Shown here one piece after another: positions 19,272-28,284 of a stretch of DNA of 64,000 bases. Below the pieces are notes generated by a model, which had not been told where the DNA came from, did not search any database, and saw only the letters and a list, made by a program, of their open reading frames with translations. This DNA comes from an uncultured Candidatus Saccharibacteria bacterium. GTDB taxonomy: Bacteria; Patescibacteriota; Dojkabacteria; SC72. Where the stretch lies: positions 18,553 to 82,552 of the forward strand of contig CAZUDZ010000003.1 in the NCBI GenBank assembly GCA_964618765.1, in the 5' to 3' direction. A program made the position numbers and the translations under genes. Position 1 is the stretch's first letter. Each line of letters begins with the position of its first letter.

Positions 19272-19823
19272 ATGAGTAATCAATTGAAGTTGTTGTTTTA
19301 TATTATCTTTGTAGGAGGAGCCCTTTTCTACTTTCAAGATCGATTTGATTTTTTAGATATTTCTCTTGTAGAAAACAAACAGAAAAAGGAAGAGGTTGTT
19401 AAGAAGGAGAAAAAAGAGAAGCAGAGTGATGAAGAAAATTTCGTACTAATATCCACCGGGGATCAAGAAAGTATCCGAGTAGATGTCGAAATTGCAGATA
19501 CTCCCGTATTAAGAGGTCTAGGTTTGTCAAATCGAAAGTATTTAGGCGATTACAACGGTATGTTATTTATATTCGAAGAGAAAGGAAATAGTCCTTTCTG
19601 GATGAAGGATACTTTTATTAACTTGGATATAATGTTTATAGATGAAGATCGCTTCATTGTTGACATCAAAGAGAATAATGAGCCGTGTACAGAGGAGTAT
19701 TGCCCTCAGATTCTATCTACACAGCAGTATAAGTATGTTTTAGAAGTTAAAGGTGGATTTTCTCAAATTAATGGGGTTAAAGAGGGTCAAAGTCTCACCT
19801 TTCATTTGGCATCTTCCAATTAA
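19272..19823 (+). CDS. DUF192-family protein
   Basis: 'DTPVLRGLGLSNRKYLGDYNGMLFIFEE...FWMKDTFINLDIMFID' matches the conserved DUF192 core. Confidence 0.65.
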   Translation: MSNQLKLLFYIIFVGGALFYFQDRFDFLDISLVENKQKKEEVVKKEKKEKQSDEENFVLISTGDQESIRVDVEIADTPVLRGLGLSNRKYLGDYNGMLFIFEEKGNSPFWMKDTFINLDIMFIDEDRFIVDIKENNEPCTEEYCPQILSTQQYKYVLEVKGGFSQINGVKEGQSLTFHLASSN

Positions 19824-19864
19824 GGTGATATAGTTTTTGGGTAATTTATTTTAGTCTTTAAGAT

Positions 19865-20512
19865 ATGATTAATTCTCTAGTAGATTGGTTAGTCCAAGCA
19901 ATAGATTCTCTCGGATATATAGGGGTTTGCCTAGCTGTATTTTTAGAGAGTTTCATAGCAGTTATTCCTAGTCAAATAATACTTCCTTTCTCAGGCTTTG
20001 TCGCATCTCAAGGCTCTTTAAATATTGTTGTTGTAATACTAGTTGTAGCTCTAGGAGCATATTTGGGCACTCTTCCTTTCTATTTCATAGGATTATGGGG
20101 AGATGATTTTGTTAGAAATTTCCTTAAGAAGTATGGTAAGTATCTTTTCATATCAGAGGACGATTTAGAGAAAGGGTATACTGCTTTTGAGAAGTACGGC
20201 TATGGAATCGTCTTTTTCGGGAGATTAATACCCATTGTTAGATCCGTTATATCTTTCCCAGCAGGAGCAGCAGGAATGAAGTTTGGAATATTCTCAATAT
20301 TTACTTATACAGGGAGCTTAATATTTGCTACAATTCTCTGTTTAGCGGGGTACTTTATGGGTGAGAAATGGCATATTGTAGCTATATATACGGATGAGTA
20401 TGAAAGAATTGTTATCGGAATTCTATTGATTATCTTCCTTCTTTATATCGGCAGGGGAATCAAAAAGCTGTCTGAGAAGAATAAGCAGAAGGGTACAGAG
20501 AAAGATATTTAA
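19865..20512 (+). CDS. DedA/SNARE-associated family membrane protein
   Basis: 'LESFIAVIPSQIILPFSGFVASQG' DedA signature plus multiple TM helices. Confidence 0.75.
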   Translation: MINSLVDWLVQAIDSLGYIGVCLAVFLESFIAVIPSQIILPFSGFVASQGSLNIVVVILVVALGAYLGTLPFYFIGLWGDDFVRNFLKKYGKYLFISEDDLEKGYTAFEKYGYGIVFFGRLIPIVRSVISFPAGAAGMKFGIFSIFTYTGSLIFATILCLAGYFMGEKWHIVAIYTDEYERIVIGILLIIFLLYIGRGIKKLSEKNKQKGTEKDI

Positions 20513-22074
20513 AGAGATTGTATGAGAGATTTCCCATTCATTTCACTGGGTTGGGCTATTCCCATGACTTGCAACATAGTTGGTGCTACATCCTTTAGAG
20601 AGCCGTAAGGAAGGGATCTAGCAGAAATATCTGTGCCCATAATTATCAATGGAACTGGATTAAGAGAGTGTTCTGTATACGCTTCCCCTGTTTCCAAGTT
20701 AATCATTTCCTCAGCGTTTCCATGATCAGCAGTTATTACTACTGCTCCTCCTAAGCTAGTAAAGGTACGAACCAACTCCTTCACACAGTAATCTACAGTT
20801 TGAACTGCTTTCACCCCTGCTTCTAAATTACCTGTGTGTCCTACCATATCAGTATTTGCAAAGTTAACTAGTATGAAATCATACATTTTTGCTTTTATTC
20901 TACTCTCTAGCACATTGGTAATTTCAAAAGCACTCATCTCTGGTTTCATATCATATGTTGGGACTTTAGGTGAAGGGACAACAATTCTGTCTTCTTTAGA
21001 GTAGGGAGCAGGAAAACCTCCATTAAAAAAATATGTAACATGTGGGAACTTCTCTGTTTCTGATATGCGTAGCTGTCTTAAACCTAAAGAATCTATTATT
21101 TTCCCAAAAGGTAAGGATGTATACTGTTTTGGAAATATTGTATGTTTGGGGAAGTTTTTCCTGTACTCAGTCATACTTGCTAGGAAGAGATTAGGTATGG
21201 GCTCCCTAGTAAATCCTACAAATTCTTCTGCTATCAGGGCTTCTGTCAATTGCAGGGCACGATCAGGACGGAAGTTTACCATTATGACAACATCATTAGG
21301 TTGAATAGTAGCAGGATTAATTACTGTTGGTTCTAAAAACTCATCTGTAAGGTTTCTCTGGTAGTATGTTTCAATAGCTTTCTGGTATGTAGGAAATCTT
21401 TCACCCATATTTTTTTCAAGAAGGTAGTATGCTTTTTGAGTCCTGTCCCATTTCTTATTCCTATCCATAGCGTAGTATCTGCCTATAATGGTAGCTATCT
21501 TCCCAAGCCCTTGATCTAAGCAGAATTTATCCATCTCTATTAAAGAATTCAGAGAAGAGTGAGGAGAGCTATCTCTGCCATCTGTTATTGCGTGTATTAG
21601 TAACTCATTTGGAAAATTCATTTTAGAGAAATAGCTAACTATCGCTTTGAAATGGTCAACATGAGAGTGCACGCTTCCGTTACTAAGTAGACCTACTAAA
21701 TGGACATTACTATTATATTTTAGCGCATGAGTATATGCTTCTTTAAGGGTATTGTTTTTGTAAATCAAACCACTTTCTATTGCTTTGTTAATTCTCGGAA
21801 GATTTTGTAAAACTGTAGTACCAGCTCCTAGATTTAAATGACCTACCTCACTATTGCCCTTAACATTTTTGGGAAGGCCTACGGCTTGTCCCGATGCTAA
21901 AAGATATGTATGGGGAAATGTACTCCACATACTTGAAAGGTTTTTAGGATTTGCTAATACAACAGCATTCCCCTCATTTTCTGGGGCAGCTCCGAGACCA
22001 TCTAGTATTATTAACAGAACTCTTTGTTTTACATTCATAGGCAGTTCCTTTGTACATTGTGGCATATTTTCCAA
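20509..22074 (-). CDS. gpmI: 2,3-bisphosphoglycerate-independent phosphoglycerate mutase
   Basis: 'LLIILDGLGAA' N-terminus and a metalloenzyme domain including 'ADHGN'. Confidence 0.9.
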   Translation of the reverse strand: MENMPQCTKELPMNVKQRVLLIILDGLGAAPENEGNAVVLANPKNLSSMWSTFPHTYLLASGQAVGLPKNVKGNSEVGHLNLGAGTTVLQNLPRINKAIESGLIYKNNTLKEAYTHALKYNSNVHLVGLLSNGSVHSHVDHFKAIVSYFSKMNFPNELLIHAITDGRDSSPHSSLNSLIEMDKFCLDQGLGKIATIIGRYYAMDRNKKWDRTQKAYYLLEKNMGERFPTYQKAIETYYQRNLTDEFLEPTVINPATIQPNDVVIMVNFRPDRALQLTEALIAEEFVGFTREPIPNLFLASMTEYRKNFPKHTIFPKQYTSLPFGKIIDSLGLRQLRISETEKFPHVTYFFNGGFPAPYSKEDRIVVPSPKVPTYDMKPEMSAFEITNVLESRIKAKMYDFILVNFANTDMVGHTGNLEAGVKAVQTVDYCVKELVRTFTSLGGAVVITADHGNAEEMINLETGEAYTEHSLNPVPLIIMGTDISARSLPYGSLKDVAPTMLQVMGIAQPSEMNGKSLIQSL

Positions 22075-22127
22075 TTTTATTCTATAATCACAACTGCAAA
22101 CAAAGTAATATTTAAAAGAAAATAGTT

Positions 22128-22640
22128 ATGGATACTAATGTGATCACGAAAATAGAAGAGGCTTTTTACAAAAAAAGACCAGATGTTAGAGTGGGAGATA
22201 CCGTTAAATTACATCTTAAGGTTAAAGAAGGAGAGAAAGAGAGAATACAGATCTTTGAGGGAGTAATAATTGCAATTAAGGGCTCTGGTTTAAGTAAAAA
22301 CCTTGTAGTAAGGAAAATCTCTTACGGAGTTGGAGTAGAGAAAATAGTTCCTCTACATGCTCCAGTCTTAGAGAAGATAGAGGTGATTAAAAGAGGAACT
22401 GTTAGAAGGTCAAAACTTTACTATCTCAGAGGTAGAGTAGGAAAAAGAGCTCTCAAAACAGGAGAAACCAGTAATGTATATTTAACGGATGAGCTAGAAG
22501 TACCCGTTACAGGTGAGCCAGAAGTATCAGCAACTGAGGATTTGCAAGAAGATGAAGTAGTAGAAGGAGTAGTAGAAAAAGACACAGAAACACCAATAGA
22601 GGAGGAGATACAAGAGAAAAGCGCAGAAGAAAAGAAGTAG
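22128..22640 (+). CDS. rplS: 50S ribosomal protein L19 with acidic C-terminal extension
   Basis: '[32 protein letters not shown]...[16 protein letters not shown]' L19 core. Confidence 0.9.
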   Translation: MDTNVITKIEEAFYKKRPDVRVGDTVKLHLKVKEGEKERIQIFEGVIIAIKGSGLSKNLVVRKISYGVGVEKIVPLHAPVLEKIEVIKRGTVRRSKLYYLRGRVGKRALKTGETSNVYLTDELEVPVTGEPEVSATEDLQEDEVVEGVVEKDTETPIEEEIQEKSAEEKK

Positions 22641-22657
22641 CATATTTAAAAATAGAT

Positions 22658-22731
22658 GCAGGAGTAGTTCAATTGGTTAGAATATCTGTTTTCCAAACAG
22701 AGGGTTGCGGGTTCGAGTCCCGTCTCCTGCT
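22658..22731 (+). tRNA. tRNA-Gly(TCC), 3' CCA encoded
   Basis: Acceptor GCAGGAG/CTCCTGC, anticodon stem TCTGT/ACAGA with loop TTTCCAA, discriminator U, genomic CCA follows. Confidence 0.75.
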
Positions 22732-22771
22732 CCATCTACTAATTATCCACATTTTGTAATATAATCAGCAT

Positions 22772-23338
22772 ATGAAGAATGTTGATGTACCGTTATGGGA
22801 CAAGGGTGATGATACAGATGATTTCTCGAAAGGAGGTGCTTCTAATACCCCTTCTTTTAACACGAGCTCTACTTTTAGTAAGAAATCTGGGTTAATAGAG
22901 AAGATCTACAAGCAGATATTAGGGAGAAAGCCTTCTTCCAGAGAGATGGCATATTACAAGTACAGCTCTTCTGAGAAAGAGGAAATTATGGAAAGACTAC
23001 TTAAAAGCGATGAGCATAAAGAAATATTAGATAAATCGCAAAAATACCCAGAGTTAAAAGAGAAGAACAAGGAATTAGAATCTACGATTTTAAAGCTTAA
23101 GTCTCGATCAAAAGACAGGGTAGTTGAGTACACGGAACTAAAAAGATTGTTAGAAGAGAAAAATCAAGCAATACAGGAATTAAGGCAAGAGAAAAACTTC
23201 CCATACTTAACAGAAGAGAAGATATTAAATCAAACTAATGTGCATTACAATGCATCAAGGGTAGGGCATAAGTATGAGCAGAAGGATGAAAAGTTTTGGG
23301 ACAGATTAAGCTACTTGTTATTTGGCAATAGGAATTAA
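22772..23338 (+). CDS. DUF4214-like domain protein with coiled-coil region
   Basis: 'IEKIYKQILGRKPSSREMAYYKY' fits the DUF4214 pattern (lY..lLgR.p...g..yw); K/E-rich coiled coil downstream. Confidence 0.35.
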   Translation: MKNVDVPLWDKGDDTDDFSKGGASNTPSFNTSSTFSKKSGLIEKIYKQILGRKPSSREMAYYKYSSSEKEEIMERLLKSDEHKEILDKSQKYPELKEKNKELESTILKLKSRSKDRVVEYTELKRLLEEKNQAIQELRQEKNFPYLTEEKILNQTNVHYNASRVGHKYEQKDEKFWDRLSYLLFGNRN

Positions 23339-23340
23339 AA

Positions 23341-23544
23341 ATGAACACCAAAATATTTGCAGAAAGATTAAGAAAAGCAAGAGAGGAGAAGGGATATTCA
23401 CAGAAAACTCTTGGGATTAGGGTTGGGCTATCGGACAAGTCAATTAGTATCTATGAAAAAGGTAGCATGTATCCCCCAGTTACAAATCTCCTTAAGATAG
23501 CAAAGGAGTTAGAAAAAGATATTTCGTATTTTCTACAGGATTAA
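23341..23544 (+). CDS. XRE-family HTH transcriptional regulator
   Basis: 'FAERLRKAREEKGYSQKTLGIRVGLSDKSISIYEKG' Cro/C1-type HTH; starts 3 nt after the upstream ORF. Confidence 0.75.
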   Translation: MNTKIFAERLRKAREEKGYSQKTLGIRVGLSDKSISIYEKGSMYPPVTNLLKIAKELEKDISYFLQD

Positions 23545-24176
23545 GTAGGAGGAGTTAGCCACTGTTTAGCTTTCTGGGTGTACTTGGTTACTATGAGAGC
23601 AGCTCCTACAACTATCCCCAAAGATATCAGTGTTATTAAAATAATCTTTATTGTGTTTAATGCTTTGTATTGGGAGCTTACAGGCTGTAGTACAAGAGCC
23701 TTATTAAACTCAACATTGTCACTTATGGAATTGGTGTAGTTAGTGTCATGCTGCCATGATATTACTGTAATGGAGAAATCATAGGTACCAGCTCTTAGGG
23801 GTGTTATTTTTCCTTCAAAGACATAGGTTTGACCACTTTTTAAGGCATTAAACTCTTTATGTTTCCTTTTTACCTTTATTGTTGTAGGCACATTCCAAAG
23901 AATTTGTGTTTTTGGAGAGTCTATATGTGGAGTTACAGTTAAAATGTATGGGACATGTTGTCCAAAGGGTGATTGAGGCTTTCTTTCTATTGTAAGATCA
24001 AAGTATCGATTAGTTCCTGATTTGCTGTTTTCATCTATAACGGTTTCTGAAACTTCTTCCTGTTCTTCCTCATACATCACTTGAGGATCTTCCTGTGCTA
24101 GTAGCAGGGGAGAAGAAAATAGGGGTAGGAAGAGTAGGGTGAGAGAGATTGTTAAAATCAGATTTTTTGTTTTCAT
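23541..24176 (-). CDS. Hypothetical secreted protein with C-terminal TM anchor
   Basis: Signal peptide plus a C-terminal TM helix; last gene of a six-gene minus-strand run. Confidence 0.35.
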   Translation of the reverse strand: MKTKNLILTISLTLLFLPLFSSPLLLAQEDPQVMYEEEQEEVSETVIDENSKSGTNRYFDLTIERKPQSPFGQHVPYILTVTPHIDSPKTQILWNVPTTIKVKRKHKEFNALKSGQTYVFEGKITPLRAGTYDFSITVISWQHDTNYTNSISDNVEFNKALVLQPVSSQYKALNTIKIILITLISLGIVVGAALIVTKYTQKAKQWLTPPT

Positions 24177-24589
24177 TGTAATATCTTTATTATACTATTT
24201 TTATATATTCTAAAGGACTTTAGAGATTCTTCTTTAGAAACTGCATAATCGTTATGTACAACATTATTTCTCAGTTTATGGACATCCCAAAGCGCGTTAT
24301 ACTCTCTTTTTCGGAATAGTTTATCTGCCAGCTTTAGATTTTCCCCACAAGAGAGATCATTGTTAAAGTACAGCTGTAAAGATTTAGATAGCAAGTTATC
24401 TAACTTAATGATTGCATCTCTTCTTATTGCTATCTCATCATTGTTTGTTGCTTTCTCTAGAGAGAAAAGTTCCTTTATTAATCTTTCTGATTTCTTTCGG
24501 TCAACTCTTTTTGAGCTAATAGAGACTATTACAAACAAAACAATTATTAGTGATAGTATTATTAATGGTAGCAATAATGAGTTATTCAT
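24173..24589 (-). CDS. Hypothetical N-terminally anchored small protein
   Basis: N-terminal TM helix then a helical domain; 4-nt overlap with the downstream ORF. Confidence 0.35.
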   Translation of the reverse strand: MNNSLLLPLIILSLIIVLFVIVSISSKRVDRKKSERLIKELFSLEKATNNDEIAIRRDAIIKLDNLLSKSLQLYFNNDLSCGENLKLADKLFRKREYNALWDVHKLRNNVVHNDYAVSKEESLKSFRIYKNSIIKILQ

Positions 24590-26528
24590 TCCTCTTCTTT
24601 AATCTCTTTTTAAATGTTAGTACTAAAAAGTATATCAGAAAAAGCATTACACAGAAAATTAGGATAGAAATTATCTTAGAAATGACAGAGATGTATAGTG
24701 GGACATTTTCCTCTACTTGGGTTTCTAAAGTTTCTTCTTTATTATATCTATCCAGATTCTTTAGCTGTATATTTACAAAAATATTACTAGAAGAAATCCT
24801 TGTATATGGAATATTAAATTGTATAGAGCTATTCTGTTTGGGTAGAATTATCTGAGATTGTAGATTGTTTACTGGATCTGCATACCGTTGAATATTCTCT
24901 ATGTTCGATTTGATAATTTCGTAACTATTTATAGCGATATTACCTGTATTTAGAATTTGTATATACCCTTTTACATACGGATGAGTTATTTTGTACTCCT
25001 CTACTGTAAATTTTGAATCCATATTGAATGTAGGAGAGATATCTTTCTCTGTTTCTGATTTAACTACAAAGTCTGTTTCTTGGAAAAAAGACATCTTGGG
25101 AGCAACAGCTGACTTTCCTCTTCTTACAACAGCAAGATGATCTAGGAAAGCGCTACCAAAGAGATTCTTACTGAAATATTCATCTAAGAAAGGATCAGCA
25201 GTTTGCCACTTCTTCGCATTCATATCTAGATACTCTACCCAGTGATGATAGAATCCGTCAGAAGTATATCCACTTATGTTAGAGATATATCCTACAACTA
25301 ATCTTGATGGAACATTGTATCTTCTAAGTAAAGCAATATGGAAGTCTACATAATCTAAAGAACTGGCATTGTTAGGTGTGTCTACAAGAGTATTTGCTCC
25401 TAATCTTGGTTGGTTCGTTATACCTAAGGTCACATCCTCTGGATAATTTAATCTTTCTAAGACATATTCATATATATACTTGTAGAATAGTTCTTGTTGA
25501 GTACTTTCTAATTTCTCTATATCATCAAAATCATTCTCAATTTTAAGACCTCTTTTTTGTAAAAAAGTATTAACTCTTTTGAATTCAGCATTATCGTTAA
25601 TTGACCAGTAGCCAGTTTTATGAACTAAAAAATTCTTTACTGCGTCTTTATATTCCAGGGATTCTATCTTTTGGATATACCCAGATATTTTACAATTAAG
25701 AGTCTCATCTGGAGGTACAATGTATTTAAATAGATAGTTTCCGTCTTCATCTTTTAAAGTTGAATCAGGCAGGGGATCTATTTCTTCCCAAATTACTATC
25801 TGAGTAGAGGTATCTGAGGGGACATATATTTCAAAGGTTTGATTTTGGTCATCTAGGCTGTTTGAAAAAACTTTGTTAATATCAAATTTGTAAAGCAACT
25901 GTTGTCCAAAAAGCAAAGAGATGTTCGTATGTGTCGGGTTATTTATGGAGATCTCATAGTTTGGTCCTACAGTTTTTATGTTTTGTATAGGGTCGGAAGA
26001 CCATAATGGTTCTCCCTTCTCTTTAGGATATCTTATTAGTACTGAAGTAGTTTTAATTTCATGAATTTCTGAGAGAATATTGTATGAGGTTTTCTCAAGG
26101 GTTTCTGTAGAATATGTTAAAGAGATGCTTATAGGGGTATCTGGTTGTACTACAGAATTATTTAGGTTAATTAGAATTTCTGTAGATGAGCCTCTGTTAA
26201 ATGTTGTACACTCTATCTCTTTCTTTGAACTTAGGTTTTTACACTCTACTCTTACTCTCTCAAGTGGGATGATGGCGGTATAGTAGGATATAACTCGGGG
26301 AGTATCACTTTTAATCTGCATAACAGCCTCTGTGATTATCCTCTCTTTTTCAAGAGTATGTTCAAACCTAGTTGTAATATCAAAGTTTTCTGCAGCAGCT
26401 ATGTTTTTTCCAAATGGAAAGTGAAGAAGGAGTAAGCAAGGGAGAAAAGAAGTTAAGAAAAAGGAAGAAAGCTTACGCAGTTGGGATTTGTACGGAATTT
26501 TCTTTAAATAACCAATCGAATCTTTCAT
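24582..26528 (-). CDS. Transglutaminase-like domain protein (catalytic Cys apparently absent), envelope-anchored
   Basis: '...NVPSRLVVGY...GFYHHWVEYLDMNAKKWQTADP' matches the TGase-like core GxP(A/S)R..GY...HAWxE...W..DP, but the expected Cys position reads SSLDYVDF; signal peptide plus C-terminal TM helix. Confidence 0.5.
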   Translation of the reverse strand: MKDSIGYLKKIPYKSQLRKLSSFFLTSFLPCLLLLHFPFGKNIAAAENFDITTRFEHTLEKERIITEAVMQIKSDTPRVISYYTAIIPLERVRVECKNLSSKKEIECTTFNRGSSTEILINLNNSVVQPDTPISISLTYSTETLEKTSYNILSEIHEIKTTSVLIRYPKEKGEPLWSSDPIQNIKTVGPNYEISINNPTHTNISLLFGQQLLYKFDINKVFSNSLDDQNQTFEIYVPSDTSTQIVIWEEIDPLPDSTLKDEDGNYLFKYIVPPDETLNCKISGYIQKIESLEYKDAVKNFLVHKTGYWSINDNAEFKRVNTFLQKRGLKIENDFDDIEKLESTQQELFYKYIYEYVLERLNYPEDVTLGITNQPRLGANTLVDTPNNASSLDYVDFHIALLRRYNVPSRLVVGYISNISGYTSDGFYHHWVEYLDMNAKKWQTADPFLDEYFSKNLFGSAFLDHLAVVRRGKSAVAPKMSFFQETDFVVKSETEKDISPTFNMDSKFTVEEYKITHPYVKGYIQILNTGNIAINSYEIIKSNIENIQRYADPVNNLQSQIILPKQNSSIQFNIPYTRISSSNIFVNIQLKNLDRYNKEETLETQVEENVPLYISVISKIISILIFCVMLFLIYFLVLTFKKRLKKRNE

Positions 26529-27216
26529 ATTTTCTCATTATTTGTTTAATAATAGGAGTCTTTGGTGTAATCCCATACTCCTCTCTTATACTATCCCAAT
26601 CAACTTTGTCTGGTTCATTTATAATCTTGTAACTAGGGTTACGGACAGTTTCCTGTTTGGCATTCTTTCTAATAATATAATAGGCTAATCCATTCCTTTC
26701 ATCAAGGACTACCTTTGGTTTAGCTTTTGTACTGTAATACTCTGTGAATATAAGATTTGAATTCTGTCTAATATTTACTATCGCAACATCGTATCCTGCT
26801 GGAATTATTATCTTGTCCTTTTTCTTAACAGTTGCTTTAATGACCTTATTTTTTCTAACTCCTGAGTAATTTTGTATTAAAACAGTAGCACCTCCATAAA
26901 CAAAATCAAAGATCCTTGGATATTTACTAGCTCTTGTTGCTCTAGTTTTAACATACTCTATTCCTGCAAGATTAGGGGGAACAACATAGAAATTAATTAT
27001 AATACCCTTACTTAGGTATATGTCATTATTATCTAATTGTTTATACTTGGTGTAGAAGATTTCTGGGCAATTTAGCTCTTTATTAAGTAATTGATTCCTA
27101 ACATCATCTATTGTTACATCTCTTTTACTTTTAAAGGAGAAGTCCTTTATTAGCAACTCTTCTCCATCATAGGTAGCTGGAAATCCGCTACTGCTCTTGA
27201 GATCGATTCGTGCCAT
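26473..27216 (-). CDS. Hypothetical protein (possible cupin-like fold)
   Basis: Weak resemblance of 'IIIPAGYDVAIVNIRQNSNLIFTEYY' to the archaeal cupin-type PGI segment 'VYVPPYWAHRTVNIGDEPFIFLAIY'; His ligands are absent. Confidence 0.3.
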   Translation of the reverse strand: MARIDLKSSSGFPATYDGEELLIKDFSFKSKRDVTIDDVRNQLLNKELNCPEIFYTKYKQLDNNDIYLSKGIIINFYVVPPNLAGIEYVKTRATRASKYPRIFDFVYGGATVLIQNYSGVRKNKVIKATVKKKDKIIIPAGYDVAIVNIRQNSNLIFTEYYSTKAKPKVVLDERNGLAYYIIRKNAKQETVRNPSYKIINEPDKVDWDSIREEYGITPKTPIIKQIMRKYERFDWLFKENSVQIPTA

Positions 27217-27240
27217 AGAGGCTATTATATCACATTACTG

Positions 27241-27528
27241 CTAATCTGCAGAGAAGGATTTGAGTAATTCTGAGAGAACAAAAGCAAGAATGATGTAGAA
27301 AAGTAGTGCTACCAAAGGTGTTAAGGGAAGTGAGAAGTTGTTAATCTGTAAGGAAGTTGCTACTATACCCTCAAATGGTTGGACAAACATAGTACTGCTT
27401 CCTAGCACCCAAGAAGCAAAGGGATTTTGCGTACTAGCATTTATAAGTAGGAGTACGATTCTAGTTAGTACTAGAGCCTCTACAAATATAACTGTGAAAT
27501 ATGCGAGTCTTATTATTACTTTTAACAT
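27241..27528 (-). CDS. YggT-family small membrane protein (putative)
   Basis: 95 aa with two TM helices and 'NNFSLPLTPLVALLFYIIL', YggT-like. Confidence 0.45.
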   Translation of the reverse strand: MLKVIIRLAYFTVIFVEALVLTRIVLLLINASTQNPFASWVLGSSTMFVQPFEGIVATSLQINNFSLPLTPLVALLFYIILAFVLSELLKSFSAD

Positions 27529-27529
27529 C

Positions 27530-28249
27530 TTAAAGGTTTTCTAGATTATTTACATAATATTCTAACTCATTCATGTAACGATTTACACCATTTGCCCAAA
27601 GATGTAAACCTGTAGCTCCACAAGGAGGGCAGTATGTACTCTCTATATCATACGGAGATAGGTCAGTTCCATAGCCTACAGCTATCCGCTCCGTAATATG
27701 TATAATTGCTTCCTCCCAACTTCTAAACATGCTCCATCCTCTCTCATCTGGATTCTGTCCTCTCCAACCCCAACCGTTGTTTGATCCTTTTGGAATTAAA
27801 TTCCCAAATGCAGATTCTACCCCCGATATCCCAACTAAGAGTCTCCAATCTAAACCTTGTTTGTCTGCTTCGATAATAAATAATTCGGCATGTTGTGCCA
27901 TAGGAGAGTGATAGTCATTCAAAAATTTTGTCATAGCTAAAATTCTCGGGTCAACAGTAAAGAAGCGAGTTGAGTTTGTTATGGAAGCTGTGGAGTGTGA
28001 TGAAGAGAGATTGTATTCACCCGCATACACATGAATGTCAAATATTGGAGAAAGGGAGTTAACTTCAATAGGTGATGATTTCCTTACTGTAGCCCCAAAG
28101 CTCTCAGTGAGAATTCTCTCTACTTTTGGTGAAAGAAACAGAGTATACACAACAAAGAGTATCAGTATTAAAGCAATTCTAGTAATATTAGAGCGGACTA
28201 TTCTATTTACTAAAGAAACATTTGACTTCTTGGGTATCTTTTCTGGCAT
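27530..28249 (-). CDS. Membrane-anchored GH73/glucosaminidase-like peptidoglycan hydrolase (putative)
   Basis: 'VESAFGNLIPKGSNNGWGWRG' parallels the glucosaminidase motif ESGWG-x8-NNLFGIKG; N-terminal TM anchor. Confidence 0.45.
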   Translation of the reverse strand: MPEKIPKKSNVSLVNRIVRSNITRIALILILFVVYTLFLSPKVERILTESFGATVRKSSPIEVNSLSPIFDIHVYAGEYNLSSSHSTASITNSTRFFTVDPRILAMTKFLNDYHSPMAQHAELFIIEADKQGLDWRLLVGISGVESAFGNLIPKGSNNGWGWRGQNPDERGWSMFRSWEEAIIHITERIAVGYGTDLSPYDIESTYCPPCGATGLHLWANGVNRYMNELEYYVNNLENL

Positions 28250-28284
28250 AATAGTCTAGTATATCAAATTGGGGCACATTTGCT

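Noticed and set aside
22658-22734. Initial reading of this tRNA as tRNA-Trp (anticodon CCA in ...TTCCAAA...)
   Set aside because: With four consecutive T and only three A, the only 5-bp anticodon stem that pairs is TCTGT/ACAGA. That gives the loop TTTCCAA and anticodon TCC (Gly). The discriminator U and the encoded CCA also fit Gly.
24173-24589. R-x4-H ('LRNNVVH') near the C-terminus of the 138-aa anchored protein as a HEPN RNase motif
   Set aside because: A single short motif in a small helical protein, with no further HEPN-like features discernible by eye. It is too weak to call.
26473-27216. Annotating the 247-aa protein as a cupin-type glucose-6-phosphate isomerase
   Set aside because: Only one short segment resembles the archaeal cPGI fold, and the metal-binding His/Glu residues are absent. 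It is kept as hypothetical with a note only.
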